In this document: in pieces, positions 12,144-23,842 of the stretch
Layout of the letters: each line of letters opens with the position of its first letter
Position numbering within the stretch: the first letter of the stretch is position 1
Assembly (NCBI GenBank): GCA_963825865.1
Contig: CAWGVG010000027.1
Location: forward strand, 32,001 to 96,000
Source of the DNA: an uncultured Nitrososphaeraceae archaeon
GTDB lineage: Archaea; Thermoproteota; Nitrososphaeria; Nitrososphaerales; Nitrososphaeraceae
DNA: 64,000 nucleotides
Direction: 5' to 3'
Notes under the pieces: generated by a model
The model's input: only the letters and a program-made list of their open reading frames with translations
What the model was told of the DNA's origin: nothing
The model's database searches: none
Made by a program: the position numbers and the translations under genes

Positions 12144-13059
12144 TTACAATTTCTGAAACATTATAGTACCGTAATAATAATAAGCACTTTGCTCAATATT
12201 TGATTTTGAGGGGATCTTGTTCAATCCTGTTAACTTAGTTTCAAGGGCAGCACGTACTGCACCGGCTCCAAAGCAAATAGCCCACAAAGGATCCTTCTCT
12301 CTTATGTATGCGCAACAAAATGCTGCCTGACAGAATATCTCCAGCACCTGTGGAATCTGGAGTATCGATGTCAAGTTTTATCCAGTAATGCATTTCATTG
12401 TGTAACAAGTGAATAAACTTATCCTCGGTGGATATAACAAACTTCACACCCTTGATAGATTGTAAAAATTGCATTCCTTCAAGGCCTCCAAGACCTCCTG
12501 TTAAAGCCGCAAGTTCCTCTTTGTCTGCTTTTATTGCAGTTATTCCAGATAGGTCTAACGTCAAATCATCAAGTAATGAAATTCGTCCCGATAATGAATT
12601 AACCACACGCATGTAGCCTTGTGGGTCAAGCATGACAAAATTCCTCTTTTTGCCAGTATTTTTAGCTATAGTTGCAAGCACATTGGCAGGAACTTCATCA
12701 AATACAGGGCTTACCAGCCAACAATCGGTATGTATGTTTTCAATATCTTCTACTGTCAAAGGTGCACATTTTGAGAGTAAGAATAATTCTCGAAAATCTT
12801 TATTTATTGTGAGTTGAAATTTTGTTGTAGGAGATTGAGAGACCTGGTATTCTTTTATACTAACTCCATTATCACGTAAAAAATCTATATTTGGTGGAGA
12901 AAAATCTTTACCAACCTTTGTTGCAAGAATAACATCAAACCCAAATTGTTTAGCAGTTAAACCACCGTAACAGGCAGGACCGCCAAGACTTTTGGTAATC
13001 CTGCCTTCTTTATCTTGGATAGAATCCAATACTATGTGGGATAGTACTGCTATTTTCAT
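12144..13059 (-). CDS. PfkB/ribokinase-family carbohydrate kinase (frameshift near 12330)
   Basis: LGGPACYGG and DSTGAGD signatures. Confidence 0.85.
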
Positions 13060-13486
13060 AGTTAGTTTTGCAAGGGGTTTCCTAAAATATTTATGGATAT
13101 TTTAACTGTATATACCCAAAAATACGCCTGGGCAGATGAAATTGAGAAGGGGGAATAATATTTGGAAAAGGATTTGGTGTAATTTCAGATATACAAGTTA
13201 ATCCATATGATGGGAATTTCTATGCTTACTTTTTTGCTGATCAATATACAGAATATGTTCTTCTTAATAAGATATAAAACTATAACCAAATATGACTTTT
13301 TGACTAATATTAGGATAATATGTCTAACAAACAAGGCTCACCCTGAGAATACTGCTGTTGGAAAAGGATCTGCGACGCTAAGACAATTTGCTATTATATT
13401 TATTGAATATGATATATACGTAGTACATGTTCTTAAAACATACGTCATAAGATTTAAAGGATAGAAGAAAGAGTCTAATTTATAAT

Positions 13487-13774
13487 ATGCCAAAGAAACG
13501 GACTAGTAGAGGCCGGACTAAAGGTGGGAAGGGTAGTTCGGGCACGGTACATTGTAGCCAATGTGGTGCGATGGTGCCTCGTGACAAGGCCAAGAAGGTC
13601 ACAGGAAGGATCACTCTAGTCGAACCAACTCTTGCCAAGGAACTTAAAGCACAAGGAGCATACATAGCGCCGTCAACAGATGTAAAATTTTACTGTGTTT
13701 CATGTGCAGTGCACCGGGGCATAGTCAAAGTTAGATCAGAGTTAGAACGACGCATGACTGGTAGACTTAGATAA
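13487..13774 (+). CDS. rps26e: 30S ribosomal protein S26e
   Basis: MPKKR...CSQCGAMVPRDKAKK...YCVSCAVHRGIVKVRS. Confidence 0.95.
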   Translation: MPKKRTSRGRTKGGKGSSGTVHCSQCGAMVPRDKAKKVTGRITLVEPTLAKELKAQGAYIAPSTDVKFYCVSCAVHRGIVKVRSELERRMTGRLR

Positions 13775-14372
13775 TTTTACAACTCTTTGACGTCACAGCA
13801 ATTCGCTGAATAAGTGTCACGCCTGCTACTACTGACACTATTATCACTGCCAATTGCATAGATCCCATAATCGGGATCATTCCTATTGTTGCAATTATTA
13901 GTAGCCTTTCGGCTCGTTCTCCAATGCCGATACCCTTCAATTCAACACCAAGCGATTCTGCTCTTGATCTAGTATAACTCACCAGAAGAGATAATGATAG
14001 TGCAACCATACACCATATTGGATCAGCAAGGCTACCAAAAGCTATGCCTATGAATATGACAGTTTCGGATATTTTATCAAATGAGGAATCGAGAAATGCT
14101 CCTTTCTTGGAAGATTGTTTTGATGCCCTTGCAACATTTCCGTCAACCATGTCAAAAAATCCTGAAATTAAAAGAAGACTGCCGCCGACAATAGACACAT
14201 AAGGCCACGAGAAGCCGATTCTTGGCGCCGCTGTTGCGTATACAGCTCCAGCCATAATTGACATTGCTAAACCTACTGCTGTCAAAAAATTTGCCGTTAG
14301 GCCAAATGAGGCAAAAGTCATGCCAATCTTTGACATTATCGGTTGTAATGAGTCCCTAAATTTATTGAGCAA
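13767..14372 (-). CDS. CDP-alcohol phosphatidyltransferase (archaetidylinositol-phosphate synthase-like)
   Basis: DMVDGNVAR...GAFLDSSFD signature and SYTRSRAE; real start probably near 14372 rather than 14486. Confidence 0.88.
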   Translation of the reverse strand: MLNKFRDSLQPIMSKIGMTFASFGLTANFLTAVGLAMSIMAGAVYATAAPRIGFSWPYVSIVGGSLLLISGFFDMVDGNVARASKQSSKKGAFLDSSFDKISETVIFIGIAFGSLADPIWCMVALSLSLLVSYTRSRAESLGVELKGIGIGERAERLLIIATIGMIPIMGSMQLAVIIVSVVAGVTLIQRIAVTSKSCKII

Positions 14373-14678
14373 CGATGATTCCAGCTTTATAATTGCATTG
14401 TATAATAAATTTGTTAGTTGCTTATAATATAGTATAGAAGTCTTACTTTTAAAATATAAAGAGTATGTAGTAGCTTGCAAAAACATATTAATTATTGTAC
14501 AATAGCTCGTATTTTGCCTATGGGAATTTGAACTTGTGAGCGTATATATGTGATTATTAGGCGCACAAATAATATCTCGATTCTATATAACCTCAATATA
14601 ATTATCAATACTGAATAATTTAACTATTTTTGTTTCTTAATTCTTTAATAATTATATACATCTCACTAATATGAGATA

Positions 14679-15737
14679 TTGTTAGCGACGGAACAAAAAC
14701 AACGCAGACAGACACAATTCAATAAAGTTCTGATAGTTGGGCTTGGTCAATTAGGGCTTCCTGTAGCTAAATATGTAAAGGAGAGAGGATTTGATGATGT
14801 CTATGGATACGATATAAGCCCTGAAGCGATGGATCGTGCAGAAAAAACAGCAGGAATAAAGAAAGCTAATGATTTTAGTGATTTTGATGTTTATGTTTTA
14901 TGCGTCTCTACTCACAAATCTGACGATATATTCTCGCCACAGGTAGAAGGTCTATTATCTATAGTAGAGAGAATTTCAAAGGAAGCAAAGAGAAATGGAG
15001 CACTTCTATCAATAGAAAGTACCATTCCAAAGGGAACATCAAAGAAAGTGTTTGAAATACTCAATCACAGACTGCATGTAGCTCATGCGCCCCATAGATG
15101 GTATTCTTTAGAAGAAAAAGAGCATGGTGTAAATCAGCTACGCATTGTTGGTGGAGTTTCTAATTGTTGTCTTGAAGCAGCCATGCAGTTCTATAATGGA
15201 AAAAGCTCTTTTGAAAATATTGATAATGATGAAAATGTCAACAACAACAACAACAACAATTCGATCGATTCTACTACTACTACTACTACTACTAGCATGC
15301 CATCAAAAACAAGAAAAAGCCTAGGGATTCCTATGCATCCAGTTTCAGAAATAGAAATGGCTGAATTAGCAAAGATTGTTGAAAATGCTCATAGATATTT
15401 GCAAATTGCATTCGCTGAAGATCTTTACCTATACTGCCAAGCAAATAACATAAACTTTCCGGAATTGCGAGATGCTCTGAATACTAAATGGAATGTGCAC
15501 ATTTTAGAACCAAGAGAAGGGATTGGAGGACATTGTTTGCCAAAGGATACTAAAATGTTCTTGCAATCGTCTCAATCTATAAAAAGTAAAATATTGACAG
15601 CTGCCGTAGAAGTAGATGAGGAATATAGACAGTATATACAATCAAGACCAAGCAAATCGCTACTGTCATCATCTTCATCATCTTCATCCAAATTAACAAG
15701 AAGTAAAAGGGTTGGAAGGATACAGTACGCAAGCTAA
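14679..15737 (+). CDS. nucleotide-sugar dehydrogenase-family protein lacking the C-terminal UDP-binding domain
   Basis: GLGQLG, IESTIPKG, KIVENAHRYLQIAFAE, GIGGHCLPKD; internal poly-N/T insertion. Confidence 0.82.
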   Translation: MLATEQKQRRQTQFNKVLIVGLGQLGLPVAKYVKERGFDDVYGYDISPEAMDRAEKTAGIKKANDFSDFDVYVLCVSTHKSDDIFSPQVEGLLSIVERISKEAKRNGALLSIESTIPKGTSKKVFEILNHRLHVAHAPHRWYSLEEKEHGVNQLRIVGGVSNCCLEAAMQFYNGKSSFENIDNDENVNNNNNNNSIDSTTTTTTTSMPSKTRKSLGIPMHPVSEIEMAELAKIVENAHRYLQIAFAEDLYLYCQANNINFPELRDALNTKWNVHILEPREGIGGHCLPKDTKMFLQSSQSIKSKILTAAVEVDEEYRQYIQSRPSKSLLSSSSSSSSKLTRSKRVGRIQYAS

Positions 15738-15838
15738 ACAATAATAATTGGTGGTGGAACGTCATCTTCATTCTAATTAAAAAGAAGTAAAAGGGTTGGA
15801 AGGATACATTACGCAAGCTAAACAATAATAATTGGTGG
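15678..15838. repeat. 84-bp-period tandem duplication of the dehydrogenase 3' end
   Basis: 15678-15754 and 15762-15838 both read ...aagaagtaaaagggttggaaggataca-tacgcaagctaaacaataataattggtgg. Confidence 0.9.
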
Positions 15839-15853
15839 ATATATGAAAAAATT

Positions 15854-16489
15854 ATGCAAAAAAAACAATCACTGCTAGTTTTTGGTGCCCATCCTGACGA
15901 TATAGAAATAGGAATGGGAGGGACGGTAGCCAAACTTACCAGTATGGGTTACGATGTTAATCTAGCCATAGCTACTCTTCCAAATTTTGTGAAAATAGAT
16001 ACAAAGGAACAACGGCGAATGGAAGCAGTAATGTCTGCAAAAACCTTGGGATGTAAGCAACCAGAATTTCTAGATTTATCGCCAGATGAAATCACTTTTG
16101 GGAGGAAATTTGTTACCTTGATAGACGAAATTATCCATAGATATGAACCAGAAGCAGTTTTTACTCAATGGATAGGGGATTCACATCAGGACCATCAGGC
16201 GCTTACCAGAGCAGTAATATCAGCATCACGTGACCTGAATAACCTGTTTATGTATGAAACTACAATACCTGGTGGCGTGACTGAAAATGCCTTCAGACCT
16301 CAGCTTTATATTGACATCAGCGAAACTTTAGACATAAAAAGAAACGCGCTTGATTGCTTTGACTCACAAAAAATTCGCTGTGGAAATACTTGGATACCCT
16401 CAATACTTGGAAGATGCGCATTCAGAGGCTATCAAATGAATGCAAAATATGCTGAAGCATTTGAAGTGATCAAGGTTACCAAATGGTAG
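15854..16489 (+). CDS. PIG-L/LmbE-family N-acetylhexosamine deacetylase (BshB1-like)
   Basis: AHPDDIEIGMGGT, DSHQDH and AEAF motifs. Confidence 0.9.
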   Translation: MQKKQSLLVFGAHPDDIEIGMGGTVAKLTSMGYDVNLAIATLPNFVKIDTKEQRRMEAVMSAKTLGCKQPEFLDLSPDEITFGRKFVTLIDEIIHRYEPEAVFTQWIGDSHQDHQALTRAVISASRDLNNLFMYETTIPGGVTENAFRPQLYIDISETLDIKRNALDCFDSQKIRCGNTWIPSILGRCAFRGYQMNAKYAEAFEVIKVTKW

Positions 16490-17164
16490 TAAACCTTTCA
16501 TTTTTAATATAATTAAATTAAGGTAGTAGTAGGGGTTGTTGCCTAATTCGTTTTAATTGACTGTAAATATGATTTCACGGTTTTCGATTTAGCTTAGAAA
16601 GGGTATGCACCCTCTTATTGACTTGCAAGCACAAGAGGAAAGATGGTTACTGGTTGTGTTACCATCTAGCACATACCCTAGAACGAGATATGCTTATCGA
16701 AAATATAGTTTCTCTGGTCAAAGAAAATCCTCCTCCTACTTCAAAGAAGAACAGTAATAGAGGAAGGAAACCAATTCATTCTTGGGAAAAACTTGTCTGT
16801 ATTTGTATATTGATGGTTGTTTTCGGTTCAACGTACAGAGATATACAGAATATAGTACCCTCTCTTAATTTGCCATGGAATAACGAGCCATATCCAGATC
16901 ATACGTGGATATCACGTACATTCAAGAAGATACCGCTGATATATCTTGAACGTGTACTGAATATGGTCAGCTTATCTATGTTTGAAAGAATCAGGCTGGA
17001 AGAAGGGTATTCTCGCATCAGATAGCACCGGTGTAGAGACAAACAGGTACGGATACGAAGTACGATTTATCAAAAATAGTAGTAAGAAATTCGAAAAGAT
17101 AAGGGTAAAACAGTATCTGAAATGGCATATCACAGGGATACTTGATCATCTCATAATACTTAAT

Positions 17165-18193
17165 TGTTGTACTTACACAGATGGGTAACAATTTTGATTA
17201 CCTACATAGGTTACACTTTCTTGCTTCCTTTTTGTATATGTCTTAGATTTAATTAACCTTTGTACAAACCTTTCAGAAGGAGTAAGACCATTTATTCCAC
17301 CATGTTCCCTAGTTTCATTATATGCTTTGACAAACATATCATACCTTAGTTTTCCATCATCAATACTTGTTATTTCTTCAACTGTCAAGAACTCATTCTT
17401 TACAATCTTGTTATATGCTTCTATCTTTCCTTGTAACTGTGGATATGAATTTGGAATTGGTTTATCCTTTATGTTATTCTTATATAGAAAGTGTTTGAAT
17501 AGTTTAGATGTAAACTGCTTACCGTTGTCATGCATAACTTTCCTGGGCTTTCCGTTATCCATAATCCACTCCTCTAGTACATTCAAAACATCAATGCTCC
17601 TCTTTCTTTCAGACCACTTGCTAGCAACTTTTCTTGAACAGTCATCTATACAGCTTATCATGTAATTTCTTGTGCTAGAACAGCGTACGTAAAATGGTCC
17701 AAGTATATCCATTTGAAGCATGTCATTTGGATGTTTCATTGCAAATCGCTTATACTTTCTATTATTCTTTACCTTACAGTTTAGAACGTTGAGAGTATGT
17801 TTTTTCAATGTCTTGTATATGGTTCTACTGCTCAATGATACTCCAAGTCTTTTTAATCTGAACCTGATTCTACTAGTACCAAAGGTCTTTAATCTTAAAT
17901 CAAGTATTGTTTCTTCTATTTCTTTAGATACTTTGGTTTTGATGCTATGAGGCCTTCTAGATAGGTCTTTCAACCCGTCTATTCCGTGCTCTATGTATCT
18001 ATTTTTCCACTTGTAATATGTCTTCCTAGATATTTCGTATTTATTGCAAATATCGCTAATACTATTACCAGTCCATTCATGTTCATGAATGAGATTGAAT
18101 TTTGTTCTAATTTCTATAGAGATTTCCACTTCCTAGCAGAAGTGTTACCTATGTCTGTAAGCTATATTGTTACCTATGTTTGTAAGTACAACA
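17165..18193 (-). mobile_element. IS481-family insertion sequence
   Basis: TIRs TGTTGTACTTACA / TGTAAGTACAACA (TGT...ACA ends); 6-bp TSD CTTAAT (17159-17164, 18194-18199). Confidence 0.92.
17173..18129 (-). CDS. IS481-family transposase (HTH + rve integrase core)
   Basis: ISRKTYYKWKNRY HTH, QMD, IDDCSR, HDNGKQF, PQLQGKIEAYN. Confidence 0.92.
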   Translation of the reverse strand: MEISIEIRTKFNLIHEHEWTGNSISDICNKYEISRKTYYKWKNRYIEHGIDGLKDLSRRPHSIKTKVSKEIEETILDLRLKTFGTSRIRFRLKRLGVSLSSRTIYKTLKKHTLNVLNCKVKNNRKYKRFAMKHPNDMLQMDILGPFYVRCSSTRNYMISCIDDCSRKVASKWSERKRSIDVLNVLEEWIMDNGKPRKVMHDNGKQFTSKLFKHFLYKNNIKDKPIPNSYPQLQGKIEAYNKIVKNEFLTVEEITSIDDGKLRYDMFVKAYNETREHGGINGLTPSERFVQRLIKSKTYTKRKQESVTYVGNQNCYPSV

Positions 18194-18896
18194 CTTAATA
18201 CACGACTTACCAGTAAGAAAACACACGATTCTCCAGTACTCCGAACAATGCTAAACAGATTGAATATAGATTAGACTTTGCAGGTTCAACATTCAATGGT
18301 GACAGAGGTTATGATGGCAACAAGAACTTCCAGTCAGTGTTTAACATGAACATGCTTCCAAATATCAAGCAGAGAAAAAACTCCAAGAACAAGAATAGCA
18401 GTAGTAAGAAGAACAAATACAGAAAGAAGGCTGCAAAGATATTCAATGCATCAATATATCGTTATAGAGGATTGATAGAAGGAATATTTGGAGCTGAAGA
18501 AACTAAACATCATCATCAGCTATACTGCACATTCAGATTAAAGAACAATCAGAAAAGATTTGGATTAATTAAATCAATAGGCTGGAACCTAGAAGTCCTT
18601 AACAGACTACAATGTGCAAACAAACTGGGAATAAAGGTGACACCATATGCGATATCAAATTAGGCAACAACCCCGGTAGTAGTAAGTATTAACACCAAAA
18701 AATAAATAAATATTAAGTCGTTTCATCAAACAAAACAAAGAGCTGATTATATTATAATATTAATCGTACCTTTTCCATCATATTTAGATATTTTATTCGG
18801 TCAGTGCTCAGATGAGAATGAATATTTCTGTTAATATCTACTTATACAGAAAGCAAGACTTAATTATTATGAATTCTCACTCATCTAATAATAGTT

Positions 18897-19984
18897 TTAA
18901 AAATAATTTAACGTGAATGAATCGTTATTGTTTTCCACTTTTCCATTATTGGAAGTCTTTTCATATGTAGGATATTGAACGTAAACCTCATCCCAATATC
19001 TCATACATATTAACCTCTGATATTTTTTGATTTTTTCGATACCTTCATTCAAAACGGCATTACGAAATACAATATCTGGTTCATTTATTCCTGCTCGCAG
19101 AACGCATGGGACAGGTTGCAGAAAACCGTGGATTAATTTCAAATATTTTTAGTTCATTCCCTTCAAGTTTTGCTTGGATATTAATAGCTCCTCTAGCTCC
19201 AAATTTTAAAGCAACTTCTTCGGCTGACCTTCGTATACTTTCAAAATCATCGATAAAGGCTTTGTAAGTTTGTCCATTTTTTATTATCTTACGAATTGAT
19301 ATTGAAGACATTATATATTTTCCAAATCTATCAACTGTAACACCAGAGGTAAACTCGGTATCATTGTCCTTTAAGTATTCTTGAAGAAGAGGATGCCATC
19401 CTACTTTTTGAATCTTAGAAATTGCATATTCCATTTCGTCTCTATTGTTTACTACATAAAAATGCAGTGAACCATATCCTTCCCTGGGCTTTACGACTAA
19501 GGGAAAACCAAATTCCTGGATGAATTTTTTATTACCTTCAGGTAAAGAGGATGCGGCGCTACTTAGATTATTTGTATTTAAGAATTCAAAGGTCTTCCAT
19601 TTGTCTTTCGCTGTAATCATTACTTCTATTGGGTTTGTCAATACAATTGCATCAGTTTCACATTCGATTCGTTCTTTTGCATTACCAATTGTGAGCAATT
19701 CCTGATCGGAGCCTACATAAATTGCATGAATATTTTGCTCTTTGCTAACTTTGATGATGGAATTAATATAGTTTGGCGAAGAAGGTGATGGTACTAAAAT
19801 ACCACTATCGCATCTGTATAGACCAGCGGCCTGAGCACTCATATCAGTTGCAATAATTCTATATTTTACTGGGGAATTATTTGATACATTTGCTAGTTTC
19901 AAGGATTTGATAATTCCCTGTGCTACTATGCCTCCTGCTCGCAGTTACTAGCACATTTGCATTAGTAGTTTTTCCTAGATCCAT
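18897..19984 (-). CDS. ATP-grasp ligase (carbamoyl-phosphate-synthase-like), two frameshifts
   Basis: VLVT-GAGG N-terminus (ATG 19984), DKWKT, VVKPREGYGS, QEYL, EINPRFS; C-terminus in ORF 18897-19142. Confidence 0.85.
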
Positions 19985-20038
19985 AACTTTCTTGGTTTAT
20001 TGTTTGGTAGCATATACTTAACATATACTACTCATGAT

Positions 20039-21777
20039 TCAATTTTCCATTTTTGTGGCCATAAGAATTGGTGCAGTCAAGTTGTTATTATTTAACAAAT
20101 TTTGACGCCACTGTATTTCTGTGTTCGCCATTCCAAAGTTAACGGCATAATCTATGAAACAAGGTCTCATGTATGCGATATTTTTAACTTTATCTGCTAC
20201 TTTGATAAGTCGACGTGTCTTTCGTTGCTCTTCTTTAAGATTGAACAAATCTGAAAGAAGAGGCTGAACAGGTTCACCAACATTTATTCGCCGCATTCTT
20301 TCTTTTATAAGAGGTATTATTTTATACCTATATTTAGCATCGGTTTGCTTTAATTGTTCTATATATGCCATGATATCCGATTGCTTTGTTAGCTGTACAA
20401 GTTCCAGAGCCTCAGATTGTCCAAGGCCATAATAAATATCCGTAGAAGGCCAGACTATAGTTAGTGGCATGTTAATCGATAATTCTCTAAAGGCTGTACC
20501 TTGCAACTACCGTATAGCCCATACTGCCACCAATGCCAGATGCATAGCATTCAACTCCCAGGTCTCTAGAAAGCAACAATAGTATTGGAATTGCTCTAGG
20601 GGAAAGAGCATGAATAACATCTTCATTTGAGAGATCTAACTTATGGTTGTGATTCTCAAGCTTTATATGAAGATACTTTTTGCAGGACATACAAGTGCCT
20701 TCAAGTATTGTTTCTTGCTGTAGATTCTCATGAATCTTTGCATGAGCCTTGCTACCACATTTGCAATGGAGCCACATTGGGGCATTTAGATATGAACTTG
20801 AGCTTACACCAGTATCTATACCATGAGCTAAAAACATATTTTTGGTTTTTCTTAACACATCTGAATATGTGCTAAAATTAGAAATTAAATACTTGAAACC
20901 ATCTTCAAAAACTGAGGGTATGTCAGTGAGCCTTACAAACAAAGTATTATAACCCCATATTTTATTTACCAACTGTGACATCAAAAAAGAATTAAAATCT
21001 GAATAAGATTCTGCCCTTGAATATGAAATCTCTACTTCATGCCAGAACTCATCAAAATTATGAAGCACCCGAGATTTATTATCCGAGGTAGATGAACTTA
21101 AGGAATTTTTTCTTATCCATGAATTTATCTGTTTTCTCCAGTAGTCTAAAATTGTTCGTCCTGGTACAGGCATATTGCATATCATCTTCCATCTTATAGA
21201 ATTACTTACTGGCAATCTGAGTTCAAGTATCCCCAATGAATGTCTGATGCTTGGTAGCTGTGCAAGGCGAATCCAACCCTCATCCATAAAATCATGGTCT
21301 ACGATAAGGAATAAATTGATGATTTTTTTATTGGGGTCGTGTTTTTCCATCATGTGTTTGAGAGTCTCAAGCAAGACGATCTTTTTGAATACACCGCTAT
21401 ATGCGAAAAGGTTGGGTTGATGTATCGAGACGAGAATTTTCGTTGTTGGAAGATTTAATAATTTAATACTGCTACTGACACCACTAGTCATTGTGTTTGC
21501 TTCCAAATGGAATTTGTCAATGAATTTCTGTAATTTGAGTCTATTATTCAAAATAACATAATCCATTGGACGAGCTGCCTGTTGCTCTATTGCTTGAAGA
21601 GGCAAATGACGACGACATCTTATTAACAGCGTCTGAGAAATGATTTGGTATTGATGATATGAAATCTGAGATTATAGGGTTGTTAATACTTTCATATTGT
21701 GCAAATAATGACCTTACACTTCTAGGAAGTTGATCTATTGCAGTATAATAAGCCTGATCGGCAGAATTTATCTCCAT
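20039..21777 (-). CDS. BshC-like (HUP/Rossmann-type ligase) protein with Zn ribbon and C-terminal coiled coil, frameshifted
   Basis: Joined ORFs 21544-21777, 20487-21605, 20039-20506; HQPNLFAYSGVFKK, VDHDF and LSPRAIP...SGIGGS resemble BshC motifs (by eye). Confidence 0.55.
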
Positions 21778-22161
21778 GATTTACAACTCCTAAACATATT
21801 GCACAAACTAGGGGTATTAGTATAACAATCCACAATATATTACTACTTATTATTATATTAACATGCTAATAAGAAGTTACTAACTTTTTATAATAATTCG
21901 TTATTATCAGAATGTGACTAAGTGATCTATACTTAACCTTAATCAGAAGAATTGCCACAATAGGATGAGGAAATAAAATAATATAGAATAAGGGAAAAAT
22001 AATATATTAAAAGTCTACAATTATGCATTTTTTATGAAACTTGTATTATAGTTCACAAAATCTTTCGTTTGATTTTCCGTAATCGGCGATTATGGTTTCT
22101 ATGCCCTTGCAGGACCGATTTTCTTAGGCGATATAATCGTCTTTTAATTATATGGTCTAAG

Positions 22162-22275
22162 TGGATTAATTAAATCAATAGGCTGGAACCTAGAAGTCCT
22201 TAACAGACTACAATGTGCAAACAAACTGGGAATAAAGGTGACACCATATGCGATATCAAATTAGGCAACAACCCC
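22162..22275 (+). mobile_element. solo right-end fragment (114 bp) of the IS at 16532-18674
   Basis: Matches 18561-18674 with no mismatch seen, including the TIR ATTAGGCAACAACCCC. Confidence 0.92.
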
Positions 22276-22611
22276 TGTCTATGTCTTCATTATGTCTTAT
22301 TTTTTATACTGACTGTTAGGTTCTGCTCCCGATGATTATTTGGCTTAATTGCATTGTTTTATTAAACCTCTCTAACATATCCTCAGTATTTGATTCCTAA
22401 AATAGATAATGATATTTTTGTTTAATATGCAAAAATTATAATTTGACATTTTAAAGATTATTATTTGTTAATAGCAGTGAAGTATAGACCAGTTAACAAA
22501 TCATGATCACTTAACTTGTCCTAATATTAAAAATATATTGATATAGTGATAAAACTATCCGTAGTCCTGACATTTTATATAACGGTTAAGTTTCTGTCTA
22601 CGACTACACAC

Positions 22612-23307
22612 ATGAAAAGGAAAAAAAGATCTCGAAGTATAAAAGATAAGGATATAAACGTAAATAAAGATTATAGTAATAGCAATAAACATGTTATGAA
22701 CGGTACCACTAGTAAAATATCTTCTTTATTGCAAAAACCGATAACAAAAATAGAAGATGAAGGAAAGACCGTTACAGAAGTTTTTGACACCTCAATGTCA
22801 AGGTATGAAGCAATAACAGAAATGAAAGAATCAATAGCAACATCAACAAGTATTCAAGAAATAGATAAAAATAAAAATAAAACACTCTCTAATACTCAAA
22901 AGGAAGGACTGATAAACCCTGAAATGGTATTAGGTATCACTCCTTCGAATAATAATAATAATGACAATGTGTATACTAATTTTCCAACTGCACCTCCTGC
23001 GATAATAGAAGAACCAACCTCCGATATTACCAAACCAAAACAAGCAAAAGGAGAGAGAGAATTAGAAACTCAGGCATACAAAAAAATAAAAAATCAAGAG
23101 GATCATAGAAATGAGAATTTGAGCAATCCTGATTCATATATGAATGGTATGGATTTGTGGCAACGTACTGCATTAACCTGGATTAATGCGTACAATGAAT
23201 TTGTTAGAAATGCTGAAAGAATGAATGAATATTGGTTTAACCTCTTGGGCAGACCTTGGATAAGAGAACAAAAAAATGCTAGTAGCAAGAAAATAAGGGC
23301 AGAATAA
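22612..23307 (+). CDS. low-complexity hypothetical protein with C-terminal amphipathic helix
   Basis: Long ORF; C-terminal WQRTALTWINAYNEF...YWFNL; start probably MKRKKR. Confidence 0.6.
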   Translation: MKRKKRSRSIKDKDINVNKDYSNSNKHVMNGTTSKISSLLQKPITKIEDEGKTVTEVFDTSMSRYEAITEMKESIATSTSIQEIDKNKNKTLSNTQKEGLINPEMVLGITPSNNNNNDNVYTNFPTAPPAIIEEPTSDITKPKQAKGERELETQAYKKIKNQEDHRNENLSNPDSYMNGMDLWQRTALTWINAYNEFVRNAERMNEYWFNLLGRPWIREQKNASSKKIRAE

Positions 23308-23542
23308 TGTTGAAAAAAATTTAGGCTTAAGAAGGTAATGACAACCACTGTTATAGTATTTATTTTCTTATATATTCGAAGTAGTGCGAATTATAATCTC
23401 ATTATTTCCGAATATATTAATAAGAACGAATAGCGTAAATATGGAGCATAACATATGATGATGACTATTATGATCCTTGAATCAAATGTCATCTACTTGA
23501 AAAGTCCAATTTTCTACTTGGAGGTTCTTTGCAGTTTTTTGA

Positions 23543-23842
23543 TTGTTCCACAACAAGAGACAAATAAAAAAAGAGAGGAGATCAGAGAACAAGATGAATG
23601 CGAAGAATAAAACTAAGAAGGAAAAGAAACGTAGATGGGATGCAATCCTGATAGGAATTGGAATGGTAATAGGTTTCTCTATCATAATTATGAAGATTAC
23701 TGGTTATTGGCCTTGTCATATCGTGAGCGCTCTGCAAATCAAGCAAATATCTTGTAACAAGTCTATACAAGAAAATGTGTCTTCGATATTACATTGGATT
23801 CAGCAACAGCAGATGAAATTCTTTCCTCATTTCTTATTATAA
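23543..23842 (+). CDS. small basic membrane protein
   Basis: Lys-rich N-terminus followed by one hydrophobic segment; overlaps the convergent gene. Confidence 0.4.
   Translation: MFHNKRQIKKERRSENKMNAKNKTKKEKKRRWDAILIGIGMVIGFSIIIMKITGYWPCHIVSALQIKQISCNKSIQENVSSILHWIQQQQMKFFPHFLL

Larger units (their letters stand above)
16690..18663 (+). pseudogene. DDE transposase of the outer IS, disrupted by the IS481 insertion
   Basis: ORFs 16618-17025, 16982-17188 and 18337-18663 carry successive DDE motifs; start approximate. Confidence 0.8.
16532..18674 (+). mobile_element. IS5/IS4-type DDE insertion sequence, interrupted by a nested IS481
   Basis: TIRs GGGGTTGTTGCCTAAT (16532) and ATTAGGCAACAACCCC (18674); 10-bp TSD GGTAGTAGTA (16522-16531, 18675-18684); transposase pieces with PDHTW, DSTG, GDRGYD, IEGIFG. 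Confidence 0.9.

Noticed and set aside
15235-15295. Poly-Asn/Thr insertion in the dehydrogenase (and similar tracts elsewhere) as an intein or functional insert
   Set aside because: Trinucleotide slippage tracts occur throughout this genome and show no intein motifs.
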